From assembly GCA_964270895.1 (NCBI GenBank), contig OZ185435.1: a DNA stretch of 64,000 nt. One strand, given 5' to 3'. Positions 13,090-26,400 of the stretch are shown piece by piece (within the stretch, counting starts at the first letter, position 1; the number at the start of each line of letters is the position of its first letter). This stretch comes from Podarcis filfolensis. Taxonomy: Eukaryota. The translations under genes and the position numbers were made by a program. The notes under the pieces are model-generated. The model did no database searches and was not told where the DNA came from. It was given only the letters and a program-made list of their open reading frames with translations.

Positions 13090-16000
13090 TTCTTCTTCTT
13101 CTTTTGGTGTGAACCAAGCAGTCCATACAGAGGCCCATACACAGCTACTGATCTGGTTAGACCAGTGGTTTTCAACCAGTGTGCCATGGAACCCTAGGGT
13201 GCCTTGAATGATGGTCAGGGGTGCCGCAGGCAACACTGGCATCTGTTCTTCTTTCTTTCCTTCCCTCCCTGTTCTGATGCCCTCTCACATCTCTGCCTCC
13301 CAAAGGTGTGCACAGCTGTTTGTTGCAGCAGTCGTGGCTACAAGCTCCCCCAGTGAATGTTGTTTTCATGGCTGGCCAGGAGTACTTTGGGATAGGAAAA
13401 AAGTTGAGGAAAGTTGAGGAAAGTTGCCCCAAGAGCTTCTGAATGGGACTTGTATTGAGGTACATGACAGCTACTTTGCAATGGTACCAAGGTGTACCTT
13501 TATAGCAGCAAGAAAATTACATAAAGAAACAATCATTTTAAAAACCTGAGGCACATTATTCTGCTAACAACACCCCATCACAGTATTCTGACACTCTCCA
13601 GGGGGTCTATGAAAGGTAACAAAAAGCAGAACATTCATATCTTAACATGTCCAATTTTGTAATTTGGAAAAAGAAAGCTTTCTGAAAAGCAGGGAAAGAT
13701 AATCATTATCTCAGGAACAAACACAGCAGTTGTTTAGCATTAATTGGTTCGATACAAATGCAGCCAACAGAAGGGGAGTAAAGGGGGTAGGTTCTGGTGC
13801 CCTCCATCTAGTGCTCATAGATCATGGCTGCAATTATCCTCTTAAAGGGGTTTCATAAGCCAACTATCATTATTTCAAGTTAACTGAAATTTTCTCTTAT
13901 GATTAATAAAGCGAACTGGGTATCAGCTTTGTGCTGCAAATCATCTACAAGAAACATCAATTCCATGCACCCTGTAGAGGTCTGCAAATTGAAGCCATTC
14001 AAAAAGTTAATAATATTGGCAATTGCCATCCTTATGCAGCATTTGGATGAAAGGCAAACTTTTGTCTTCTTGTTTCTTTCTTCTTTCTACTAATAGAAAG
14101 CACTTTTGCTTCTTTGGCTTAAAAAAAATATCTAGGGAAAATAACCATTATTGTAATTGGAGTAGAGCAGAAATGGGAAACCTGCAATCCCCCAGATGTT
14201 TTTGGAGTCCATCTCCCCACAGGCCCTGCTAGCATGTCCAGTGATCAGGGGTGATGGGAGTTGCAGTCCAAAAACATCTGGTGAGCCATAGGCTCCCCAC
14301 TCCTGGGCTACTGCTAATGACTCCTGCTTACAGGACTCCCTGCTTACCCTGTCATTAAATAAAAGGAAGAATTAAAGAAGTGCAGCTTTTCTTATCCTTG
14401 TAAGGTGAAGTGTATGCTTTCAGAGTTCTCCCTTCCCCAGAGCTATCAACAGTGCAGAAGCTTTGCTGCTCTCCTTTGCCTCTAGTCAATGGCTTGGTTT
14501 GTATGTCACAAACCACAACTGAGCTAAATCCATGATTTAAAGGTGAATGAATATGCTGTTGCACAGTGCTACAACTGTAGGTGCTTTGCCCATCCCCTGC
14601 TCCTGCTGCACTGGGTGCTAAATTATGGTCTGGCTTAGTGTTTTAGTCAAACCAGAGTTATGGTTTGTTCCTCTCCCAACATACCTTGAGTTTTAACCAA
14701 GGTTTGCAACCATCACAGCAGAAGGAGCGGGGGAGAAGTGAAGTGCCTGTGATTTCAGCAGTGTGAGCCAGAAGGCTGTGCATTCACCTTTAAACTATGG
14801 TTTAATTATGTTTAAAGTAGCATGTGGAAAGGCTATATATCCATAATAAAGACTGGTACATAATTATGTATGGTATCTGACAGTTATTTAAAAACACAAT
14901 TTTTGTCTCATTACATAGTCAGGTAACTAACTGAAATCCTTTTCATGCAGGTGACAACAAAATGTAAAAGTAAAACAAAACCTGTATTACTGTTAAGATT
15001 ATTATTATTAATAATAATTTATTTATTCTTCGCCTCAAGGCAGCTTACAGATAAAAACAAGAACTGCTATAAACATGGGAAAATCAATAATCAAAATACT
15101 ATTAAACATAGAATTAAAACTATATACATATATAAAATCTGTTTAAAACATACCAATAATTACAATAAAAGGCCTATTGGAATAAGGAAGTATTCACAGT
15201 CAGCAGAAGGACCGCAAGGAGGGAGCCAGTCTAACTTCTCTAAGAAGGGAGTTGCAGTGATTCATGCTTACTAATGAGAGTTGGGCCCCTGTCNNNNNNN
15301 NNNNNNNNNNNNNNNNNNNNNNNNNNNNNNNNNNNNNNNNNNNNNNNNNNNNNNNNNNNNNNNNNNNNNNNNNNNNNNNNNNNNNNNNNNNNNNNNNNNN
15401 NNNNNNNNNNNNNNNNNNNNNTTTCTGGTCTTGTTTTCATGCTTCCCATCAGCATCTGATTGGCCACTGTGATAACAAGGTGCTAGGCTAGGTGGGATTT
15501 TAGTCTGATCCAGCAAAGCTGCTCTTACATGGTCTTCTGCAAATGAATGCATGCCTCCCTCCCCTCTTATCTTATGGCTTTCACTTCCAATATTCTACTA
15601 ACCAGAATTACTTATTTCATCAGAACCTGGGGGAACGCTGGTCAGTTTAAACCATGGTTTGTTAATAAATTAGGATCATAAACCACTGTTTCATCCTATG
15701 AGATCAAATGTAATGAGGAATTCTGGCCATTTTAAAACTGGAAGTGAAAGCCTTCAGCCACTTCTTCACAGCCAAGTCAGAGGGGAGAGCATGAGCCCAA
15801 GATTCATGCTGCCCATGCAAGCAAAGTTAAACCATGGTTTAGCATTGTGTGCGAAAAGGGGAGCTATCCAGCTTCCTATCTCATATTTGAACAGTAGCAC
15901 CTGCCTGCATCAAGAATGTAATGAATGATAGCACACCAGAACAACACAACACATGAACTTCAGAGCATGAGGAAGTCACCGAAAATATATATAATTTGGC

Positions 16001-19000
16001 ATTGAATATTTGGCTTTTTTCATTGTATCATAATTTGGAATGTTTTAATGTGGTTTTAATTGGATTGTTAAAATGGAAAATTTAATAAATATTATTTTTT
16101 TTCTAAAAACAACAACAACACAACACATGCTTTGTGATGCTGCATTGGATTAGATGCTAATGATGGTATATGTATCCTGGGCTCTTTTGTGCAGGCGCAA
16201 CAAGTCTTCCAATTTACATGGATTAAGCACCAACTGGCCAATGCCAGTTGAAGCACACAAGGGGTAGTAGAAATGGTAGAAATGGACTGCACTCTGATGA
16301 ATGCAGATAAATTGCCCTGTGGTTTTAGGCATGGGGGCAGCTAGCAATTAAAATTTCAAGTACTATGCAAAAGCCAAATGCAGAAATGGCATTGCAAAGG
16401 GAAACAGAGAAGAAATTTGACTGTGCCAGTTATATTACCCGACTATTATTTATCATTATCATCGTGAGACACACATAGTAAGAGGCCTACTCTATCCTAC
16501 TTTGTAATCCATTTCACCTTTTTCACCCTTTCTGATATGGGTAATCTATTCCTCTACTCAGCGTCCTATTTCAGAAGGTTTTCTATTTCATTTCCCCATG
16601 TCTGAAATGGGGAATAATAGACAATCGTAGGAGTTCCTAAAGTGACTAAATGGGAAGGTGCAGTTTTATTAAGTAGCCATTGGGGTCTTCCATAAGATCT
16701 CAAATAAAGATGCTATACATTTCAGCAACTATTTGTGGGGATTTGCCAGCTGCAAGTATACCTGCACCAACTTTTCGCCTAATTAAACCGAAGGCTTTAG
16801 AATGTGGATCAAAGAGTTCAAGCAGATCGAAAAACAAACCCTAATCACGCAAGGCGTTTGCAACTCTTTATTGAACACAGTATGGTGGCCTTGGCTGAGG
16901 AGCTTCACTGACCTGGGATACGGCTCTGAATAGGAAAAGAAAATTATTTGCTGGGCCATCTTAGTCGTTCTCCTTCTGCACTAAAATAAGCAAGTTAGTG
17001 GTAATTGGTAGGCATAAAAACCCCAAGAGGCTCCGTGACTGAGAAAGAGATAAACAACGATAATCTATCAAATTTAACAGAAGGCACATTACCAGTGGAG
17101 AAAAGGAACCATCTCACTACATGATGATTTGTATTTGTTCGGTTTCCCTAATAAGTATCTCACTGCAAGCAGAGATTTGAAATATTCAGTAGTTACACCA
17201 TACAGTGCTTGATTAAGAAGAGGCTGTGCGTATATGAGTGCATTATATATCAAAGGTACCACATGCACTCGTACATTTTTCTGAAATAAAACTTAAGAGT
17301 CTCAGAGCCTCATGAGCACAGGAAATGATAATATTACAGCAGATGTAAATACATTAGTTATAGGATTCATCATAGCATCAAATTAAAGGTATTTCCATTA
17401 CTAAATTAGGATCTGTAGTGGAGTTTTTATCTCAAAGGTTTTAAGAAACACAGCCAACCAACTGCAGCCCACTTTACAGTTCTGAATTATGACAACTCAT
17501 CTCAAAATTCATTGTCATGTTCATGCCAGACAGTTAAACCATATGTCTTCCCTCAAATAATTTTGGGAACTGTAGTTTACACCTCATTGAGTATAATTCC
17601 CAGAACCGTTAAGCAACAGTTCCTATGATTCTTTGGGGGAAGCTATGTGCTTTAGACATGTGGTGTAGCTGTGACACTGAAGACCATGACGCACTTTCCC
17701 AAAATGGTCCTGCTAGAACTAAGGAAGGACAGACGAGTGTTATGAGTAAATGTACTGGAGAAATAATTTTCAGGGGGAAAGTTGCATACATGACCATCAG
17801 CGTTTTTGTGCAATTCAGTGCACTACATAACTAGCATACATGGAGCACAGCCAGCAAAACCTTCTGAAGTTATTAAAACTACAAAGCTTAAGCAAGCATT
17901 TGGGCTTAACCAGACTGTGGATTATGCTCTTCATTGTTTCTAAAAGGCAGCGTTAGAATTTCAACTGCTTGGTAGCATTGCCATAACATTCATTTAGGAA
18001 TTTTGAAGTTCAGCATATTTCTACATAAAAGCTAAAGTCATTATACTAAATGTTCAGAACACCAATATGTTCTTCTCAGCTACAGAGTGGCTCATATTGG
18101 TGCAGAACAGGCTTGTTACCTGCAGTTTCTTATTTTTCTTTCAAACAAACAAAGGCTACACGCCGAAGAGAGCAACCCAGAGGCCCCAGGTTGTATTGAG
18201 GAGCCCTCTCTAATGTCAGGGAGACAGTTCTGATGTTGGACCTACCTTTCCAATACAGTTGGCTCCCCCACAGTGCTGGCCCAATCAATATCATGAGGGC
18301 CAAATTGACAGAGAATTGAGATGCATTTCTGAGCATATCTAAAACTCATTCTTTAAATGAGCAATGGACTAATACTTCTCAGAATGCACTCATGTCTAGT
18401 TTGGTGTAAAAGCACTGAAAAGTTATTATTCTTTCTGCTGCACTCTATGTACTTGCATGATTAGAGGCAATTCAGATAAGCATCTACTCACATGGAGCAT
18501 AGAACATCACAAGAGCGTGTTTCTTTTTCTTCAGAGATTCCCTGAAGTCTTCTCCTGCTAGATGGATTACACTTGTTTGCCTTTCTTCCCAAGTTGGTTC
18601 AGGTGGAGGTGGCGCCTGTGGACTGAAGATTGAATAAAATAATGTTGTAGCTTTCCCCCCCCCCTTTTTTTTTACTGGTAAGAATAGACGCAAAATGCCA
18701 AAGCCTTCTTTGGAAGAACTTTGTCAAACTAAACGTTTTATTAAAAAAGTTACCTGTCTCATTTACTTAGAACTGATTCAGACATCATGATATACCATGG
18801 TTTATCAGGGTTGAAATGATTGCCAGGAAGCCTTGGAATTCGCACTCTCCTTTCCTTTTCCCATGTGGGTGCAAAGGAGAAGATCAGAAGCTTTGCCCTA
18901 CATTTTCAATCATCATCAGCTTGTCGTTTTATCCAAACCCAATAAAAAATTAACTTCAAACTACCTATTATGATTCAATAAAGCATAGTTAAGATGAACC

Positions 19001-20370
19001 ACAGCTTGGTGAGTTCAGACATCGTGCTACCATTAGAACTTGATATCTGGAGTTTCCTACTACACCAAGAGCAACTTAGTTTCTTGCAGCCACTGAATTG
19101 TAGCTCTGTGACAGATAAGACATCCTGTGGGAACCATGTCTAGTTGGAGAGTCTCTCACTATTCACCGTATTAGTATTTAAGGTATGTATAGCTGAAACG
19201 CTTTCATAAAGCCATAGTGAAGCTAAATTAATTAAACTTACTATAATGATCTTTCAAGAACCACAGATAATAAAAGTGCAAAATACTGTTAATTAAAACT
19301 CAGATGCTCAAAAAGTAGAGGGTATATGCCTGAAGGCACATGTTTCCCAATTATATAGTTTAAATTCCAGCACTGCCAAGTAGTTTTCAAAACACTAAAA
19401 GGAGTCTTTTTATGCACCCTTAATGCCAAACTGGCAAATTTAAATTTTTTTTTTCTACAAACCATTAAGAATTCACACACCCTCTCCCCAAAGGACACTT
19501 TTGTATTTTCCCCTGTATGCAGTAGTACATTTACCATTTGATTCAAAATGATGCAATTTGCCCTTGGCTAATTGGCAGCTTTCATAATGAATAAGCTCTG
19601 TAACCATCAACAAGAATGCCACCACCAGTAAGTCCTGCCTCTTGGAATTACACAGTTTTCAATATGCATTAAGCTTAGGCTCAACACATTTTTCCCAATC
19701 CATCAAAGTGGTAGGCCTGTTAGGGTTTGGGGCAAAATATGTTATTTCCCCCAAAAGCAAATATTTTGTGCAAAACAAAACAAACAAAAAGCACACGCAA
19801 TAGTGTTTACCTACTGCTGCCAAACTTTACAAATTCACTTAACAGTCCTTTGTAAAAAAAGGAAGACAATTTTTTCCTCTTTGGTAGCTGCACAAACGCA
19901 AGGTACTGGGTTGCTTCAAATATAATGTTTCCATTCTTCCAAACCAGCAGCGTGGGAGTAGCCCTGTAGCCAGTGTAGGACTCTGCCCTCAAGTTTTTTT
20001 TAATTGTCTAATTTTTGACATGACAGACAATGTCAACCTCCATACAAAGGAGGACAACTTTTTTTGTTTTAAGCATATGAGTGATTTAATAATAGGAGCT
20101 TCTGCTTAATTATGTTGATAGGCAGGGCAAGCCTCATCTGAAAAAAGTCCCCAAAAGTTTGCTCACTCAAGAGTTTCACTTAAGTAATAATAGGGTGATT
20201 GTGATCATGAAAAATCCACCCTCAGGGAAGGTATTGAGTGAACAGACTTTAGCCTGTAGTAAGCAATAAGAGTTTGTTTATTCTGCAGTTTCTGTGATGA
20301 GTAGAGCAGGACTGGCTACTTATTGCTAAATGTGAGGACTATTTTTGTGACAGTACTCAGCAGTAGCAGC

Positions 20371-20409
<39 letters not shown>

Positions 20410-23400
20410 TCCCCGTGGCAGCTAAATGGTGCCTCATCTAGCATGGAAGGTAGGCTACAGGGCTGTTTTGGCTTTGTGGTCCAGATCCCTGTCAATTCCT
20501 AGCCTTGCAGATCAAACTGACAGATAGGTGAGGCTGCCCAGCTGTCAACTGTCTGACGTCACAATGACATCAAAGGATTGGATACTTTGAAGTTGGGACT
20601 TCAAAGCACAAGCGCACCCTGCATGGTTTAAAATGCCCAAGACTTTGGCTTTACCACCCATTGGCTGGCAAGTGACAGTGACAAAGCCTGTTTCCCTTGC
20701 CAGTGCACAATCAGGAACAGATTTAAAGACTCTTGATTGTGCATTGACAGCTCTGTTTCTACGCTCACCCCCCCCCCTGCATCTTTCATCACATATGACA
20801 TGAGGTGTGAGTCAGGTGGTTTGGGGGCAAATGACCTTGTGGGCCAAATCTGAACCCCTGGTGGGCCAAGTTTGGCACAGGGTCTGGAAATTCCCCACCC
20901 CTGTTCCAAACCATAGTCTGGAGGATTAGGAATGTGATGTAGGGTTCCTGTTCCTCACAGCTACTAAGTTTCAGTTTTGAAGGCAATTTATGTTTCATGC
21001 AAACTGCAAGAAACTATTATTTGTAAAACACTATGTTTAAACAAAAACACAACCAGGATTTTATGAAACAACCCCAGATCTGAGGAAAGTCAGCCATATC
21101 TTCCAAGTCAAAGTAGCAAGGAGGGTATCTCTGCTCTGTCCCATCATATCCTTGATATGCTTATAAAATATATTGAAAGATTTGTAAAAAAAAAAAGTAC
21201 AGAATAGCTAATACATTTCCACTGTGGCAACAACCTTCCTTCTCCCTCCCGTACACCATTCACTTTTCATGGTGTTTGCTGTTCTCAAGCTACCTGAAAG
21301 CACAATCCCATTTAGTTTGGAAAATACTGACAAAACTACCTCCTGGCTAAACATACCCCATGTTTGTTTAGCTTTCTGTGGGACACCACAGTTTGAATTG
21401 GGGTGTTTTAAATAAAAGACTTAAATGGAAAGAGATGGAGCTGCTAAAAACTTCTTTTTAAACATCTTTAAAAAGTAACCATCTGTGTCTAGTTGTTAAT
21501 CTTGATAAATCTTTGGTGCCTACCACTTACTTTTGGAGCCATTCAACAATTTTACTCTTTGTTCGGAGGTGTGGCAAAGTATATTTCTCTTCTCCATCCT
21601 GGAAGTACTTGAGTGTTGGAAATCCTGATATATGAAACCTTTCTGCTACAGCTTTGTTGACAGTAGCATCTACTGCTGCCAGGACACCTGGTCTCTGCAA
21701 TATAAAAAGTAATACCTGTAACTACAAATCACTGGTTTTGAAGCTTAGGAAGGAGACTAAGAATTCATAGGCCAGCCATTCAGAGCCCAGAATGGGTTTT
21801 ACAAAGGAAGTGCAAAGCATACATAGAAAGGTGTACTTGAACCTTTCTATCACCACAAATAGCAGAACGGTTTAAAAAAGAATCATAAAAGGATAAAACA
21901 ATAAAAAACATCAACACTTGCTGCACATGTGTAATGATGGGATGACCTAGCATGGCCCCGAGCCTTGAATGAAGAGCATTTACCCACCAAGACTTTCCAT
22001 TTGTAGCGCAAGCCTCCATGATGGTTTTTCCTGGGTTTGCAAAATTCTACCCACCTTTATGTCTCAAGTCCTTCAGCCATTAAACAGCAGGTGAGAACCG
22101 CTCCCCCTCATCCAAATATAAAGATACTCCCAGAACATAGTTAACAAGTGCTCAAATTATGCAGTGAGGCCAGCTCTTGTTGCATGACCTATTAGTGCAT
22201 GGTTTTAATTATACTAATGATAGCAGTCGTGCCTAACTCTTCTCTGCATTACTGGAATGCACAATAGGTAGGCAGAAAATCAAGTCAAAGTCAGTAACAC
22301 CCTTAAGGGGAGAACACCCTTATTAGCTCACAAGTGCACAGCGTTAAATGCAAGCCAATGCTTTCATAGGTTTGTGTTATACATGAAATCTGTAATTAAT
22401 AGTGGGGACAAAACATTTCTGTGCAGCTTTTGGGCTCAATCATGTTATGTACAATGCAAGCTTCTACGGCTGAATATATAAACACCCTGTGAATGTTTTG
22501 TTTGTGTTTAAAGACAGAATGTTCTTGCTAACAATTCTGGCAGAGCTCATGTATTACCGATGAGCTTCTACTTTGGAACCATCACTTTTGCAGCCCCTTG
22601 GGAAGATGAGAACAGCTGAAATTCTTGCAGCAAGAAAGGAGAACAATTTTTATGATTTCATTTATTTATTAAGGATAATTTGGAAACAGGGTAAGAAGAG
22701 GGAATTAGCTTACATCACTGTCTGCGTGGAGCATCTCAGCGGCGTTCTCATATTCCGGCTTCATTTTCTTACAGTGCCCACACCCTGCCAGAAAAAAAAG
22801 TTTAACAGAACATTTTTCTTTACAAAGAAAATCGATCCACTACATGTTTCAGAAAAAAATCAGAGAGCTGCCTACAACTAAGTTATTAAAAATCCATTTG
22901 GTCATCTGGCGCGGGAGGGGACTAACAATAACTAGCATTTTTAAAAAAGTATGTGTGAGACCCCATGTAAAACATGTTGATAGTTTATGCCTTAATCTCA
23001 TTTGTCTTCTGCTTTGCAGACTTTACATTAGCATTTCAATGCTGCATTAAACTTCTGTTTAGTAGTAAGGGTTACAATACATATGCTTAAAAAAACAACA
23101 AGCAGTTATTATAAGAAATTGCAAGTTATATTGCAAATTTAGGCAGAGATTATTAAAATGCAGTACTCATTTTGCTTACATTATTGACAGGTAATTCATA
23201 AAGCATTTTCCCTCAGCATACAATGCACTTTTTACTAACATTACCTCAGCAATCTCTCCAACACCCCAATAAGGCAGGCCAATATTATCATCTAGTTATT
23301 ACAAGTAGGGATAAGGCTGAAACATAAGTGTGCTGGAGGGCACTCAATGAGTTCATGACTGCCATGAAATTTGAAACAGGGATTTGCTGGTCCACAGCTC

Positions 23401-26400
23401 ATTCTATTAAACACTACACCATTCCGGATTTAAGATTTAGAAACCAGTAACTGATACAAGAGTAGGCACTGTGATTAAGATACATCTCTACATCACTAAA
23501 GCTTATTGCTTTGAGATGCACTTGGGTGCACACTAGACGGCCAACTTTTAATCCTGGGAACTGTACATTAGTAGTGCCGTCCACTGGAGTGTGACAAGTC
23601 GTTGGCTATGGCTACCCTGTTACAGGTATAATTGGCCTCTTGCTTGCAGTCTGCTGGCTCAGAATGGATCCTTCATCTTGTCAGTCGAATTACCTTACAC
23701 AAAAACTGGCTTTGCCTACGGGAAAAGATGATAGCACACGTTCTACTGCCTCCTAATAAATTATAAATTTCATTCTTATACACATACCTCACCTGACACA
23801 CATATTGCAAGGGCCTTCAGTGATAAAAATAAAAATAAGTTCTGTGTTGGATGGGAGAGCAAAGAGAGCAACATTATCATCCCAAGTGCTTCTCGGACCA
23901 CATCAGTGATACATCAATAGCACTTCCAATGTCTGCTTCCTTGGTCTGCCCCCCCCTTTTAATTGCAGTGGAGGGCACCCAATATTGTGCTTCTGGGATC
24001 TGTCCATGCTTGTATTCAGCTTCACTTCGCTGTAACACACAGTTTCATTTCGCCCATTATATACGTATCTGAAATTGGGTTTGGTCTGGCTCTTTAAAAT
24101 ATTGAGTAGCTGTAAAATGGAAAAAGTGCTATTTCCTCATACATATAAAGGCTACTAACCCCACCAGGGAGCAAACGGATCATTAAAAAGGCTCATTTAC
24201 ACCCATGTAATTACACCCATGTAAGCTTTTCCCACCACAATCCATGTTTTAACAGATGTGCTGGTCTCTGCACTGATCTATTGACGATGATGATGCCCAC
24301 AGGCCTAGTTAATGCACAGGAATGTTTGGGTGGGACTAACACTGATGATACAGAAGTTTATTAGATAAAGCAGTAGGAATCAGTTAGTTTCTTCCACACC
24401 ACCCCTATCCACCACCAACACAGGACCTGCCCTCAGTTATAGACCCTGAGGAGGGTTAACAAGCTGAATAAAACATATCAGTGTACATTTAGGAATTTTA
24501 ATCTTGAAAGGTTTTCAATTTGTACCATATTTCTCCGCCTGTTTGACCACCAGTTCCAAGAAAATGGGAACTAAAGTAAGCTGTTATAACTTACAATTCA
24601 CTGGTTGCTAGCTCACCGAGCAAAATTTTATTTTACGAAAGCTGTTTCTTTGAGCCAACCAATGACTTATGTATTAGATATGTGTGGCAAGTGAGCATTT
24701 ATGGCTATGTGTGGCAAGACTGCACACCCAAGACTGGCTCAGTAATAAGTATAGTAAATGGATTTCACAGTTCATGGTTAAAATAATAATTCAGTACTCT
24801 CTTTGGGAAGGGACTGGCAAGTTATTGGTGGTTTAGAAAGGGCTGTAGCTCAATGGGTTGAACATCTGAAGGTCTTGTGTTCAATATCCAGCATCTCCAG
24901 GTACGTTTGTGAAAGTCTCCCGTCTAAAACCCTAGAGAGACACTGCCAGGGAGTACAGAGAAAACTGAGATTGGCCGACTCTCAATGGGGCAGCCTCTAT
25001 GCAACATTACATATAAGCATTCTTGCCACAAAGGAAAGCACGTGGAGGGAAAAACTACATAAATCCAAGTGCCTAACACACTGAAAAGAGAAAACCGTGG
25101 ACTCTGAAATGTGTTCCACAATTAGTAGAAGGGATGGGGATGATTTATTTGTCAAAATCTAATATTTCTGCCTTGTTGATGGAATCAGAAGTCTCCCTTA
25201 TACAACAAGGCCAAGACCAAGGCTGCCTTTGGCTGACAGCAATAGCAGGGGACTGTCCATCTGTTTCCAGGGCTTATATTGTAAGCAAACAGCTTACCAG
25301 TGTTCCAGAGCTTGAGGGCAGGTAATAAGCTTACAGTACTACAAGCTGGGAAAATACCCCATCAGCATAATTATTTTTATTTTATTTAAAAAAATTCTAT
25401 CTCTGTCATCATAGGCAATCTCAGCAGAGAAAATACATGCCATTAAAAGCTACAGTTCATCTCCCACCTGGCGCAGTGCAGTCCACTCGGTGAAGGAAAC
25501 CTGGAGAACAGCTGGTTCTGATCTTACCAATTTTCTCCGTATTCTCAAGTCAGGAAACTGAACAACTAGGACAAAATTTGTCATATATGCTACTGATTCT
25601 CTTCTATAAACAGGGGCACCCTACATTGTCTCTTTGACTGTACAAGCTAGCTAACTCTGATCCAACAGACAATTTTGACTCCCCCAACCTTGTTAATATT
25701 TAACCCTATGCCTTTGTTCCACATCTCCATGTCTAGGCTTTCCAGACTTTTGCCTACCCTTCCTCTCATGGGCTGAGATTCAGATCTCTATGCCTGCAAA
25801 TAATTTGCCTGCTTGAATCCTGGATGTGCTTTTAGAATATGCAAATTAAATGTGTTTCTAAATTGTGCAATTTATCCAGAGATTAAAATTAATATTTCAT
25901 TTCTACATACTTTTTTTTTAAAACAGCACGAATTTACGCGATCACAACATTCACTACATATTATCACTGTGCGTAGAAGTCAGGAAGCAAAAGTGGGTGA
26001 GGATGCAAGAATCCTTAGTTCCTTGCATGATTAAATGAACAAGCAGACTGGGCTTCCCCATCAAGGTTGTAACAATGAACATAGCTACCATTGTTTCCCA
26101 TGGTAGGCATAAAATTTACACTGGAAAACAGTTTTCAAGTAATAGCTTAACGTCACATTTCATTGCAATGAAGAAACGCACACTGGCTTTGCTATGATTC
26201 GCATGCTATACAGCACAGCCCTTAAAATGTAAAAGCAAAGCATAACTTTTTATGTGGAGGAAACTTTTAAAATTCAACAGCTGCAGCTTAGATTATTATT
26301 ATTTGGGAGCATAATCATCACCATCACTTGAAGGGTTCTGAAACAGAAATCCCTGCCCTACAGAACAGGTGCTATAGGAAGGCTCTGACAATTCTGAAGT

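Noticed and set aside
12732-13242. ORFs with poly-K, poly-E, poly-F and poly-L tracts
   Set aside because: Translations of the (CTT)n SINE tail in different frames.
15240-15552. Five overlapping ORFs
   Set aside because: Artefacts of reading through the N gap.
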